A stretch of 64,000 nt of DNA from Blepharisma stoltei ATCC 30299 (GCA_965603825.1 CBFDEM010000044.1:682001-746000), one strand, 5' to 3'; shown: positions 26,201-41,200, counted from the first letter of the stretch. Notes: generated by a model not told the origin, from the sequence alone. Translations and numbers: made by a program.

Positions 26201-29200
26201 TTTAGAGAAGCTATTTCAGTAGCGCACTATCCAAGAGTACTACCAGAATTAATGACTATGAGAAGTCCTTCTCATTATGTCCAAAGAGAATTGACGATAA
26301 TTGAAGTAACTGAGACTTTTGACTATTCTCTAACTCTTGAGTCCTTGCATAAGCCACTCACAATGATCACTAATCAAACAAAAGAATTAAAAGCTTTAGC
26401 ATTGCCTTTACAAGTAGCTGAAAAAGCCAAACTAAGCGAAGCCAAAGAATATATGAGCGAAGAGTCTTTATCATTTTTAGTTTTTACAAAGCCTGTTTTA
26501 GTTCCTGAAGCAACAGATTCTTCTAGAAGAAAGAAAAAACAAAGATTAGGAGAAGTTGATAATGAAGACCAATACTTATCAGAGGAAATCGAGGAAGAAG
26601 CAGAAATCATTGAAAGGGTCATAATTCGCCCTCAACAAAAAGTGCTAGTTCCTGCTGTGGTTGTTAATGATGTAGAAGTCATTGAGATTCAAGAAATGCA
26701 AAGCGCTTCAATCCAGCCTAAAGCAAAAGCCAAGGTAAGATCTGCTAAAAAAGCAAAAGCGCACTTGAATAATCTGGATCATATCGTCAAAAGATGGATT
26801 GCAAGAGCATTTTACAGTTGGAGAATAGAAGATCCTGAAGCAATAGAAAGAAGACTGGTTCAATCAAAGAAACTGACAAAGGAAACAGAGGTACTTAGAA
26901 AGGTTTATTGTCTAGAAACCAAATGTGTTGTTCCGATATATCTGACAGAAGACGCTGAAATAATAGAAGAGCTTGAAATTCAAAGCACTTCGATCAAGGC
27001 CAAGCCTAAGAAGTCTAAAGTCAGATCCGCAAAGCCACATCTCAAGAATCTCGACCACATTCTCAAGAAAATCTTGCTATTATCCTTTAGCCAATGGAAA
27101 AACATAAGAAAAGAGCCATTAATAGTCAGAAAAGAGCTGAAATTAATCAGCAAGCCTATAATTTCAATTGAAAAATTATCCACCACACCTCTTCAATCTA
27201 TCAGTACTAGCATCTACACTATTGCCTCTAAAGCTGTTATTCCTGCTGTATTTATTGAAGAAACCATTATAATTGAAGAATTTGAGGTCCAAAGCACTTC
27301 TCTCCAAGTCAAGCCGAAGCAAGCTAAAGTAAGGTCTGCCAAAAACGCAAAGCCACACCTTAAGAACCTGGATCATATCCTCAAAAGGATTTTAATGCAA
27401 GCTCTCAATGTCTGGAAAAATGCATATAGGCTTCCGCTTATTAAAGAAACTGAAATTAATACTTATTCTCTGGAGAAATATCCAATTGTCCCTATTGAAA
27501 TGAAGGAAGAAGATGGAAAGCAAACTTATAAGAAGCCTCTAGCAATTGAAGTGTATCCAAGAGTGCTACCAGAGATGATAACTATGAGAAGCCCATCTCA
27601 TTATATCCAAAGAGAAACGTCTATAATTGAAGTTAGCGACACATTTGACTATTCTATAAGCCATAAGTCTTTATATAAACCAGTCACAATAATTACAAGC
27701 CAAGCTAAAGAATCCAATAAGCCAGCTTTATCTTTAGACACTGCTGAAAAAGAAGCCACATCTACTACGAAATTCTATACCTTTGAAAAAGCACATAAAG
27801 TTTCAGTGAAGCCATATTACCAGCTTGAAGAAATCCAAGGACTTTCTGCAGATTCTTCAGCTTTCTTAATACAAGCAAAACCTGTTTTGGTGCCTGAGAC
27901 TATAGAGTCTTCAAGAAGAAACAGAAAGCAAGGAATTGAACTCTCTGAGGATGAGGACTTATCAGAAACTGTAAAAGAAACAATTTCAACAGAAAGCTTT
28001 GTATTAATTCCTCAACAGAAACTTCTGATTCCTGCTGCTTTGGTTAGTGAAACTATTGAAATTGAAGAGCTTGAAATCCAGAGCACTTCAATTAAAGCGA
28101 AGCCTAAGAAAACTAAAGTGAGATCAGCAAAGCCACATTTGAACAACCTTGACCATATCCTCAAAAAAGTTTTGCTTATAGCATTTGGCCAGTGGAAAAA
28201 CATTAAGAAAGAGCTTTCAGTTGAAAGAAAAGAGATAAAATTGATTAGCAAGCCTATAGTGTCAATAGAGAAACTTATTAGTACATATCAGTCAGCACAA
28301 TCTAGAGAAACAACAATATACCATATGGAATCAAAAGTAGCTGTTCCTATTGCATTCATTGAAGAAGCAGCTTTCGATATTGCTTTTGGCCAATGGAAAA
28401 ACATAAAGAGTGAATCCTTAGTAGAAAGAAAAGAGCTAAGATTAGTCAGTAAGCCAATAATTTCAATAGAAAAGTTATCAATCGCACACCAGCCTGCTCA
28501 ACTATTAGAAACAGAAGTTTACCATATTGACTCCAAAGTATCTGTTCCTATTGTATTTGTTGAAGAAACAGTCATCGAAATTGAAGAACTCCAAATCCAA
28601 AGCACCTCAGCACTATCAAGACCTAAAAAATCTAAAGTTAGGTCAGCTAAGAAAGCTAAGCCTCACCTGAAAAACCTTGACCACATTCTTAAAAAAGCTT
28701 TAATATTACCTTTCAATTTATGGAAAAACGCAAATAAGCACCCTCTGACTAAAGAAACTGATATAGTTAGAACTGAAATTTATCTAGTCACTAAGCCTTT
28801 AACATCAATTGAAATAATTTCTGATGAAACAATCATTTCTAAAAAGACTGCTGGAATTAAGAAGCCTCAAAAGAAACAAGCTGCACCTGTAAATAAGCAA
28901 AAGAATCAATTTGTGATACTGAACTATATAGCTAAAAGTATAGTGTCAAAGCCTTTCCATAAATGGAGATTGCTAAGCTCAATAAAACAAGAAAAAGAAT
29001 TGGTTATAAGTCAGCAGATTGTTAAATACTCCCCAGTAACTTATCCAATCATACCTATTGAGACTGCTGTTGAAGATCTTCAAATTAAATCAGATCATAA
29101 GAAATCATTATCAGTTGAAGTCTTCCCGAGAGTGCTTCCAGAGCTAATGACTTTGAGAAGGCCATCTCGTTATATGCAAAGAGAAGTTTCAGTAATTGAG

Positions 29201-32200
29201 GTGAGCGAAACATTTGACTATTCGCTTAGTCTTGAATCCTTACATAAGCCACTCACAATGATTACAAACCAAACTAAACAATCTTCAGAAGCCTCTGAAA
29301 AATCCACCATCAGCGATACTAAAGCTAAAACTGCTCCAGCAAAAGTTTCCCCAACTAAATACAGCTTCTTCACAAGTCTATATAAGCCTATTTTAAAGCC
29401 TAAGTTCCAAGATAAATCTAGAAAAATCACTTATCAGGTAGAAAACAAGATTAGCATTTCTCCTGAATTTGTAATAGAAATTGATAATAAATCCAAGCAT
29501 TATGATGGAAAATTGACAAGACAGTATGCATGTGAATCAAAGCCTTTGATAATCCTTGAATATTTTGATGATGAAAGGATCATATTCAAGCTCAGAGAAG
29601 ACCCAGTTATCAAGGACATTTTAAGCACTTCTACAATGCAGGTGCATTATCAGCAAAAACCTGAGCCTTATTTCTCCTCAATTGATAAGACTACTAGTGT
29701 GTCTCTTATGAAGAAACCAGTTACTATTCTAGACAGCACAATTGATTTGGCTAAGGCAGAACGAGTCTACCAATGCTCTTTGACGACCTATCCAAAGGTG
29801 TATTTAGAGTCTATTAATGCAATTAAGCCTACAAGATACCTTCAAAGAGAAATTTCAGTTATAGAAATCCATGAAGAAATTGAAAACAAGTTCCAGCTTT
29901 CTGCAATTTCTAAGCCAATAACTATAATTTATAATGAGTCAAATCTTCAGGGCTCTTCATCTTCGCAGTCATCTTCTGAAGAAATCCCTGAAGAAGTATT
30001 CGGAGCAGTTTCATTCCAAATTGAAGAAAAGTCTACCAAGCTGCAGTCAGAAGTCCCTGAAAACAAAAAGCCATCTGCATTATCATATACAGTCCAGCCT
30101 TTACTTCTCATTCCGTTAGAAATCCACTATGAGAAGCCAAATATTGAAGAGGAAGAAGTCATTATTTCTCCTGATATATTTTTCTTTAACCCAATTATTG
30201 ACGATTCACAAGAAGAAGTATATACGTTGGCTACTAAGGTTGTTACAATCGCAGAATTCCATGAAGAAAAGACGATTGTAAAACAAGCTGAAAGTAAAGG
30301 AGACGAAGCAAAAGATATGAGATATTATGAAATTAAACCATTGCAAAAGCCTGTTGTTATTATAGAAAACATCTTTACAATTACACCTAAGAGACTTTTA
30401 CACAGAGAATTTTCAATAATAGAAATTCAAGAAGAAATCGATAGCAAATTCTCACTTCAAGCAATTGTTAAGCCTATTTCTATTCTTGAAAGTAGCCTCT
30501 CAATTAAGACTCTAAAATACGAGCCAAATATTCCTGGAACTCACCAGGCTCAAAATGAATCAAATCTGCCTGAAATATCTAAAGAATCGTCACAAAAATT
30601 AGTAGTAATTCTTCTACAAAAACCAGTTATTGTTGCTGAAAGTTATATGAGTATTCATGACAGTTCTACTTTATTGTCAGGATTACAAAGAAATCCTCTT
30701 GAGACTGAGCCTCACCCTGAAGACCTACAAGGCTCCAGCTCTATAAGCTCATCTGGCCTGAAAATCGAAAAAGCTACATTTTCAATCAGCTGCAAAGGCC
30801 AAGTTTTCCCTGGATTCAAAGCAGGCTCTTCATTACAAAAATCCATCAAAATATCAACTCAAACTTATTCTGGAATTTCAAAGCCTCATATACAAATAGA
30901 ATCATTTAGTGAAGAACAAATAAGAAACTACATCATAAATAAGCACAAATTTGTTACTCAAAAGAGCCAGCAAGAAATTTCTTACTCTCACTCAGCGATT
31001 TCAAGGCCACAAATATTACTTGAAACACTTTATAAAGAGAAATCAAGAAAATCGAAAGCTAGCTACAGAGATCAGCAAGAATCAGAAATTGTTGAAGCAG
31101 CAAAGGTATCATTTGCAATGAGCAGCAAAGTCCAAATCCTTCCTGAACTTTTAATCGAAAAATCTCTTGCTCAAAAATCTGAAGCTTCATCAGTTCATTC
31201 AGCTATTTTCAGACCTCAAATATCAGTTGAAAAACTTTATAAGTCTGAAGCTAAAAAGCAACCAAAATACATAATTTCTGAGCCTGGAACAATATCGAAA
31301 GAAGAATCGTCAGAAGCCTTCTCAATCATTTGCAGACCTGTCGTTCCAGTAGAGAAAATAACTGAAATTATGATACAAGAGGATATCGATAATATTTTTG
31401 TAGTAAAATACTCTATTATGCCAAAACCTCGAATTCCGATTGAAAAATATGAAGAGGATGAAATAAGAAGCTGGGTAATAAACAGAGACAGCCATTCTGA
31501 AAGCAAGCCAATTAGACAAGAAATCCCACTCTCAGCCTTTTCAAGTATATCTAGACCTGTCGTACCTATTGAAATGCTTAGTAAGGAAAAAATAAGAAGG
31601 CACCTTAAAGAAATTGCTGACACTGCTCAATACCAAGAATCATCAGTTGTTTATTCAGCGATTTCAAGGCCACAGATAGCTATTGAAAAACTATATGAAG
31701 AAGTTACAAGAAAACGGAAGGTTAATAAAGTTTATATTGATTACTCTGAAAAAAGCAAAATAAAAGAAATTGTTCTTGGGTCTAAGCCGATCTCTATTGT
31801 CGAACAACATTCTCACCTAAGAGAAAAAGTGCCTTTTGTGACTGCTGAACATATTTTAACTCCTCTTTTAAAGCCGCTTATAGTCTGTGAAGAAATATCT
31901 GCTCATCAAGCTAAAATTATTCTTGGAGCACAAAGTGCAATATCAGCAAGCCCAGATTCAGAGATACTTAAATTGCAAGCTTTCTTTAAGCCTAATATAT
32001 CAATGCAAACTATTTATAAAAAGCCTATTGAAATAGTCGAAGCTACAGAGAGCCAATCCTCTTCAGAAGAAATCCCTGAAGAAGAATTCGGAGCAGTTTC
32101 ATTCCAAATTGAAGAAAAGTCCACCAAACTACAGTCAGAAGTTCCTGAAAACAAAAAGCCATCTGCATTATCGTATACAGTCCAGCCTTTACTTCTCATT

Positions 32201-35200
32201 CCGTTAGAAATCCACTATGAGAAGCCAAATATTGAAGAGGAAGAAGTCATTATTTCTCCTGATGTATTTTTCTTTAACCCAATTATTGATGATTCACAAG
32301 AAGAAGTATATACAATGGCTACTAAGGTTGCTACAATGGTAGAATTCCATGAAGAAAAGGCGATTGTAAAGCAAGCTGAAAGTAAAGGAGATGAAGCAAA
32401 AGATATAAAATATTATGAAATTAAACCAATGCAAAAGCCTGTTATCAGTATAGAAAGTGTGGTTACAGTTACTCCAAAAAGACTTTTACAGAGAGAAATT
32501 TCAATTATAGAAATTAGAGAAAATATCGAGAATAAGTTCTCACTTCAAGCAATTGTGAAGCCAATTTCTATCCTTGAAGCTAGCCTTTCTGCTAAGAATA
32601 TTGACATTTCTGAAAAAGATAAACAAATTCTCCCTGGAGCTCACCAGACTAAAGATAAATCAAATCTGCCTGAAATCTATAAAGAATCGTCTCAAAAATT
32701 AGTAGTAATTCCTTTACAAAAACCAGTTATTGTTGCTGAAAGTTACATTAGCAGGCATGATATTTCTGCTTCGTTTTTATCAGAACCCCAAAGAAATCCT
32801 CTTGAGACTGAGCCATATATCAAAAATATTTTTGCATTAAAATACTCTATTATGTCAAAACCTCGAATTTCGATTGAAATATATAAAGAAAATGAAATAA
32901 GAAATTGGGTAATAAACAGAGACAGCCATTCTGAAAGCAAGCCAATTAGACAAGAAATCCCACTATCAGCCTTTTCAAGTATATCTAGACCTATCGTACC
33001 TATTGAAATGCTTAGTAAAGAAAAAATAAGAAGGCACATTAAAGAAATTACTGATACTGCTCAATACCAAGAATCATCAGTTGTTTATTCAGCGATTTCA
33101 AGGCCACAGATAGCTATTGAAAAACTATATGAAGAAGTTACCAAAAGACGCAAGGTTAATAAAGTTTATATTGATTACGCTGAAAAAGGTAAAATACAAG
33201 AGATTGTTATTCTGTCTAAGCCGATCACTATTGTTGAACAACATTCTCACCTAAGAGAAAAAGTGCCTTTTGTGACTGCTGAACATATTTTAACTCCTCT
33301 TTTAAAGCCGCTTATAGTCTGTGAAGAAATATCTGCTCATCAAGCTAAAATTATTCTTGGAGCACAAAGTGCAATATCAGCAAGCCCAGATTCAGAGATA
33401 CTTAAATTGCAAGCTTTCTTTAAGCCTAATATATCAATGCAAACTATTTATAAAAAGCCTATTGAAATAGTCGAAGCTACAGAGAGCCAATCCTCTTCAG
33501 AAGAAATCCCTGAAGAAGAATTCGGAGCAGTTTCATTCCAAATTGAAGAAAAGTCCACCAAACTACAGTCAGAAGTTCCTGAAAACAAAAAGCCATCTGC
33601 ATTATCATATACAGTCCAGCCTTTACTTCTCATTCCGTTAGAAATCCACTATGAGAAGCCAAATATTGAAGAGGAAGAAGTCATTATTTCTCCTGATGTA
33701 TTTTTCTTTAACCCAATTATTGACGATTCACAAGAAGAAGTATATACAATGGCTACTAAGGTTGTTACAATCGCAGAATTCCATGAAGAAAAGGCGATTG
33801 TAAAGCAAGCTGAAAGTAAAGGAGATGAAGCAAAAGATATAAAATATTATGAAATTAAACCAATGCAAAAGCCTGTTATCAGTATAGAAAGTGTGGTTAC
33901 AGTTACTCCAAAAAGACTTTTACAGAGAGAAATTTCAATTATAGAAATTAGAGAAAATATCGAGAATAAGTTCTCACTTCAAGCAATTGTGAAGCCAATT
34001 TCTATCCTTGAAGCTAGCCTTTCTGCTAAGAATAGTGAAACTTCTGAAAAAGATAAGCAAATTCTCGCTGGAGCTCACCAGACTAAAGATAAATCAAATC
34101 TGCCTGAAATATCTAAAGAATCGTCTCAAAAATTAGTAGTAATTCCTTTACAAAAACCAGTTATTGTTGCTGAAAGTTATATTCACAGCCATGATAGTTC
34201 TGCTTTATTGACAGGATCACAAAGAAATCCTCTTGAGACTGAGCCTCACCCTGAAGACCTACAAGGCTCCAGCTCTATAAGCTCTTCTGGCCTTAAAATC
34301 GAAAAAGCTACATTTTCAATCAGCTGCAAAGGCCAAGTTTTCCCTGGATTCAAAGCAGGCTCTTCATTACAAAAATCCATCAAAATATCAACTCAAACTT
34401 ATTCTGGAATTTCAAAGCCTCATATACAAATAGAATCATTTAGTGAAGAACAAATAAGAAACTACATCATAAATAAGCACAAATTTGTTACTCAAAAGAG
34501 CCAGCAAGAAATTTCTTACTCTCACTCAGCGATTTCAAGGCCACAAATATTACTTGAAACACTTCATAAAGAGAAATCAAGAAAATCGAAGGTTAGCTAC
34601 GGAGAACAGCAAGAATCAGAAATTGTGGAAGCAAAGGTATCATTTGCAGTGAGCGCCAAAGTCCAAATCCTTCCAGAGCTTTTAATCGAAAAATCTCTTG
34701 CTCAAAAATCTGAAGCTTCATCAGCTCATTCAGCTGTTTTCAGACCTCAAGTATCAGTTGAAAAGCTCTATGAGTCTGAAACTAAAAAGAAACCAAAATA
34801 CATAATTTCTGAGCCTGGAACAATATCTAAAGAATCCTCAATAACTTTTTCTGCCTTGATGAGGCCACTTATAGTCTCTGAAGAAATTTCTAAAGCTTCT
34901 CAACAAGAAAAAATTCTTTCTGGAGTAGAAAGTTATTTGGCAGCAAGCCCAGACTCAGAGATATTCATTATGAAAGCCATTAATAAGCCAATTATTTTGA
35001 TACAAACTGAGGACAAGAAACCTACTAAAATCGTCGAAGTAACAAAAGAGACATTTAGCATATCAGGAAAAGCCAAAGTAAAACCAGTTTTCCAACGAGA
35101 CTCATCATTAGAAGAAATAGAGCCTACAGAAAAGCCCGAGAGTTTGTCTGATCACAGCTTTAAAAGCAGTGAACAGTCAGAAAGTGACAAGGACTCGTTA

Positions 35201-38200
35201 GAATTTTTACTACCTCAAGCATTAATAGAAGCTGTGCAAAAATACTCTCCTCTATCAAAGCCTCAAATTTTGATTGAAAAGCATGATGAAGATGAAATAA
35301 GAAGATTGGCAATAAAGAAATTCAGCAGCTCTAAAAGTCAAACAATTGGCCAAGAAGTAGCTTTTGCAAGTACTTCTAGACCTGTTGTGCCTATTGAAAT
35401 CCTTAGCAAAGAAAAGATAAGAAGACATCTCAAAGAAATTGTTATTTATAGTGATGCAGCTCAATCTCAAGAATCCTCAATTGTTTATTCTGCTATTTCA
35501 AGACCACAAATCGCGATTGAAAAACTATATGAAGAAGTCACCAGAAGGCGCAAGGTTAAGAAGGTTTACATTGATTATGCAGAAAGCAGCCAAGTCACAG
35601 AAATTATTCTTGAGTCAAAACCTATCACTATTATTGAGCAGCATTCTTATATTAAAGGAAAAGAGTCTTTTGAAAATATTCTGAGTCCTTCAGCTGAGAT
35701 AGAAAGTAAGCCTGCAGAAAATCCTATCAATTTGCCTAAGGTTTCTAAAGACAGCCTTAGTCAATCAGAAAGTGTTCATATTTTATCTGCAGTTTTAAGA
35801 CCTCAAATTCCAATAGAAACTTTGTATAAAGTACCTAGGAGAAAATATGGAAGCGAAAAAATAATTTCCCCAATGGACACTTATGAATCCTCCACCTTAT
35901 CAGTACTATCTCGGCCTAGAATTCCTGTTGAGACTTTATCAGCGTCTTCTCAGAAAAAACAAAGAAGTCTTGAACTAAGCCTTTCTACACAAATAGAAAG
36001 CCAGGAAAGTTTCTCAATTTCATCATTTAAGCCTCAAATACCATTTGGAGAGATTATCAAAGCGAAATTAGGAAATCTTGAAGCAATTATTAAAGTTAAA
36101 CTTATGAAAGCGTTTGCGACTTGGAAAGAAAAAGTTGTGTTCAATAGAGACTCACTACAAGAGTATTTAGTAAGGGAGCTTTCTAGCGAAAAAGACTGGC
36201 CGGTAAATGAAAAAATGGACAAACTTGTGAAGTTTTTGATGGAAATTTCTCATAAGAGAGGTAAGCTGCTGGAAGTTGCATTATTTGAATGGCTGGAAAA
36301 GACTAAATTAAATAGTTCAGATCCTGAATCTTTTAGACTATCTTCAACTGGTAGTCCAATTGTTAACAGTCCTATCATTCAAGAATTGCTAGAGAGCGAA
36401 GAAAATAAGGACAAAAACGCCAAAATGTTTAAATTAGTCGAATTTTTAGTAGGGATTACTAAGAGAAGGGAAAAGTTTTCGCAGATCGCCCTGTTTGAAT
36501 GGATGGAAAAAGCCCACTTGATGGATGAACATCTTGAAGCTAGAAAAGCTGACTTAGAAAAGCAGTTTTCTTTGGAAAAAGTAATAGAAAAGATTATGCA
36601 AAATGAAGGAGAGGACAGGCCAGACAGTAAGATGAGCAAAGTTATGAATTTCTTAGTGCACTTCCAACAAAAGAGGGAAAACCAAAGTAAGCTTGCGTTA
36701 TTTGAGTGGATGGAAAAAGTCAACTTGAAATATGAAAGAATCCCTGAAAGAGACGAAGAAACACCTATTCAATACTCAGTCATTTCAAGACCTCAAATCC
36801 TACTTGAAACAATAACAGAAGCATCAAATCGTCATTCATGGCAGTTTGAATATGAATTTTCAAGCTTGCATAAGATTGTCACTTTGCCATGCCTCTATGA
36901 AGAAAAATCATCAGAAAGATTTATTAAGTCTCCTGCTATTCAGCTTTCTACCCTTACAAAACCAAAGGTCCCTGCAGAAATAATTATAGAGAAACTTCAA
37001 TATCAGCCTATGCCTTCATTTTCAATTCTCCAAAAACCAATCACTCTTCCTCACCACGAAAAATCTTCAGCCATTTCCCAGCTTTCCCTAAATGCCCAAG
37101 AAGCTGCGATTGAAGCTCCTATGCTTCATCTCAGCCGCCTAGTATTTTCTGCATCCCACAAAGCTATAAATCTTCCATATCTCGAGACTGAAAAATCTTC
37201 AGAGTTCATCTCTTTATCATTTACTATCGAAAGAAAGCCAACAGTTCAGCCTGAATGCTACAGCTTCTTTGGAGAAACCGAAAACTACATAAGATTGAAG
37301 CTCAGAAATCTTGGATCAATTTGCAGATACAATGTAATGAGAGCATTTTTGCTTTGGAAACAAAATGATGCGTTAAATAGCAGCGGAAACTTCAAAGAAA
37401 CTTTGGTAAGGAAACTCACAAGTGAAAAAGAAAAGCCAGACGAGAAAATGGATAAAGTTGTAGACGCATTTGGATCTATTAGTAAGAAGAGAGAAAAATT
37501 CGCTGAATTGGCATTGTTTAAGTGGTTAGAGAGCTCTAAAGATATAGACTTGAAGCCTGAAAAAGAGCCAGAATTCTTCTTTGGAGAAAGCAGTATCAGC
37601 ATTCAAGACTCCCAGGGTAATCACTTTGAAGCTTTCAGAAAGGTTTGTGTTCCATTAGAGACCTACGATGAAAAATCTCACAGAAAAATTGTTTTCCCAT
37701 ACTTATCGTCTCAGCAATATTCAGTAGTATCAAGACCACAAATCCCTATTGATGTCATTTCCAAAGCTAAAAGAGCTAAATCTGCTGCAATTGAGGGCTC
37801 ATTTAAAGCTTACTCAGCTATATCCAAACCTCAAGTATTGCTTGAATCAATAGTCCAAGCCTCATACCTTAATTACCTGACAGTCTCCAAGCCTCTTACT
37901 ATTATTTATATATATGACGAGGCTAAGAAATCAGATGGCTGGGAAGACATTTCGACTCCAAAACCATCACAAAGGATCACTAAGCAGGCCAGGTCAACTC
38001 TTAAGTCAAGAAAGCCGCTTAGCAAGGCTCAAAGCTTGCCAGTCAGTGATATACCACCATTTTATTCTCCAATCACCAAACCAATTACTAGCATTGAAAT
38101 TTGTGAAGAGCCTCATGAACCAGCTTGGGAAGATTTGAATACTAAAAAGCCTACCCAAAAAATAACAAAGAGACCTAGAGCTGCCCTTAAGTCAAGAAAG

Positions 38201-41200
38201 CCAATGAAAAACATTTCAGAGTTCCATATATCTGATAGACCAGTTATTCCTATAGAAGAGCATGCTATACCGACTGCAGAACAATTGGCTAGAATGTCAG
38301 AAAAAGTTAAGGATGCATTGAGATGTTTAGCACATATATCAAAAGATAGCCTGAGCAAGGCATTCTATAGGTGGAGATATGTATATTCTGAGCAGAAAGA
38401 ATCAGAAAAGGCAATAGAGTATAGCATTTCGACTAAGCTGAAACCCTTGATACTTCTTGAAACTTTATCATCTAAGCAGCATCATCAGAAAGATAAAAAA
38501 TTAACGTCAAGTGATACTAAGACTGTTAAACTTTCTCCATTTGAGAAGCCAAGAGTAGAAATTGCAACAGAAAAAGTTGAGTACGTTATTTTACCACAGC
38601 CGAAACGTACGATATCTGCAGTAAAACCACAATTAAGCTCTTCTACCTTAGAACTATCAATTATTAAAAAACCTCTTATCTCTATTTCTAATATTTCCAG
38701 ATGCGAATTCCAGCCTGAAAACAAGCTTTTGACCGATATAGAAGTTAGCGAAGAATACCAAGTCATATTGCCACGGCCTAGCATCAGAAGAGCTTTAATA
38801 AAACGGCGAAAGCACGCACCTTTCAAGAAGCCAAGATTCCACTCAATCAGTGAAGTTGAATTCCAGCCACAAAGCAAACAGCTTCAAGACATTTTTACCG
38901 CTGAGGCAGAAATCGAAACTTATGAAGCACCACAACTGCAGGAGTCTGAAGCTCCTGAAGAGCCTCTTGAAGAAATTTCTATTCCTATAGCAATTTTTGA
39001 GCAGCCGTTATACTCTGAGATAGAGCCTTCTATTGCTGAAAATACAGTGCAGGTATACACAGTAGTTTCAAAACCAAGAGTTGTTTTAGAAAAGAGAGTT
39101 ATAAGTGTTGATGAAGGGCAATCTTCTAACTTAGAACAAATTATCAAGCCAAAATTAGGAAATCTAGAAGCAATTATCAAGGTTAGGCTTATGAAAACAT
39201 TTGCCACTTGGAAAGAAAAATCAGCTTTTAATCCAGAATCACTACAAGAGTACATCACCAGAGAGTTTTCCAGTGAAAAAGAATGGCCAGTGGACGAAAA
39301 AATGGACAAAATTGTGGAACACCTCACAGAAATTTCCCGTAAAAAAGACAAATTTGTAGAAATCGCTATGTTCGAATGGCTTGAAAAAGCGAAATTCAAC
39401 AGTTCAGATCCTGAGTCCTTAAGACTTTCTTCAGTAGGCAGTCCTATAGCCAAAGTAATTTCCTCAGAAACTGACTCTCCACGCCTATCCACTTTTGGCA
39501 GTCCTGTAATCCATGAACTACTCGAAAATGAAGAAAATAAAGACAAAAATGCAAAAATGTTCAAGCTTATTGAATGTTTAGTAGGAATCACCAAGAAAAG
39601 GGAAAAATTCGGGCAGATGACGCTATTTGAATGGATAGAAAAATCAAATCTATTGGACGAAAATCAAGCTGAGCTTGCAAAGAAGTTTTCTATGGAAGAA
39701 GTAATTGATAAAATCATTCAAAATGAAGGAGAGGATAAGCCAGACAGCAAAATGAGCAAAATTCTTAGATTTTTAGTAGAATCCCAGAGAAAGAAAGAAA
39801 ACCACAGCAAACTTGCCTTGTTTGAATGGATGGAAAAGGTCAACTTGAAGTTTGAGAGATTCCCTGAAGGAATGCAGATCCAGTATTCAGCAATTTCAAG
39901 ACCACAAATTTTGCTTGAAACCATAACTGAAGCGCAAAAGTCACAGACTTGGCAATATAAAGGTGAATTTTCTGCTGCCCAAAAGATAGTCACTTTCCCA
40001 TATCTTGATACTGAAAAGTCTTCTCAAATTATTTCTCAGTCATTCACCATTTATAGAAAGCTTGCTGTCCAGCCAGAGTGTTACAGCTTCTTAGGGGAAA
40101 CTGAAAATTACATTAAACTGAAGCTCAGAAACCTTGGATCTATTTGTAGGTATAATTTGATGAGAGCATTTTTGCTTTGGAAACAAAATGATGCACTAAA
40201 TAGCAGTATAGTCCTGAAGGAAACTTTAGTAAGGAAGCTCACAAGTGAAAAGGAAAAGCCAACTGACGTGAAAATGGATAAAGTTGTTGAGACTTTAAGC
40301 GATATTAGTAAAAAGAGAGGAAAATTCGCGGAATTAGCATTGTTTAAGTGGATTGAAAACTCAAAGGATTTAGACTGGAAGCCTGAAAAAGAGCCTGAGT
40401 TTTATTACCAATCTGGTGATACCAGTATGAATATCACAATTCAGGACTCGAAAGTCCATGAATACAGCTTTAGCATATGTAGAAGAATTTGTGTACCACT
40501 TGAAGTCCATGATACAGCATCCCATAGAAGACTTTTAGGTTCGTTAGAAAATGAGTCCATGCAGTATGCAGCGGTAACTAGACCTCAGATTCTCGTTGAA
40601 GTTATCTCTTCAGAGAAAAAAGCTAAGATTGTCTTATCAGAGCAGCCGAGTTTATATGCAGCTTATTCATTTATAACAAAGCCACTCATACTATTGGAAT
40701 CATTGCTAGAAAAATCAGACGATAAAGAAAAGCCTATAATAATCCCCAAATCTCAAATTCCTCTTGAAGTGGCTTCTGAAGCAAAACTTGACTCATCAGA
40801 ACAGCCGAGCCTGTATGCAGCTTATTCATTTATAACAAAACCACTCATACTATTGGAATCAGTATCAGAAAAATCATACGATAAAGAACAGCCTATGATA
40901 ATCTCTGAACCTCAAATTCCTCTTGAAGCTGCTTCTGAAGCAAAACTTGACTCATCAGAAAATCCAAGCTTATTTGCAGCTTATTCATTTATTATAAGAC
41001 CTCTCATACTATTAGAATCATTATCAGAAAAATCAGACGATAAAGAAAAGCCTATGATAGTCTCCGGACCTCAAATTCCTATTGAAATGGTTTCTAAAGC
41101 AAAACTTGATTCATCTGAAAATCAAATCTTATATTCAGCTTATTCATTTATAACCAAACCACTCATACTATTGGAATCATTGCTAGAAAAATCAGATAAC

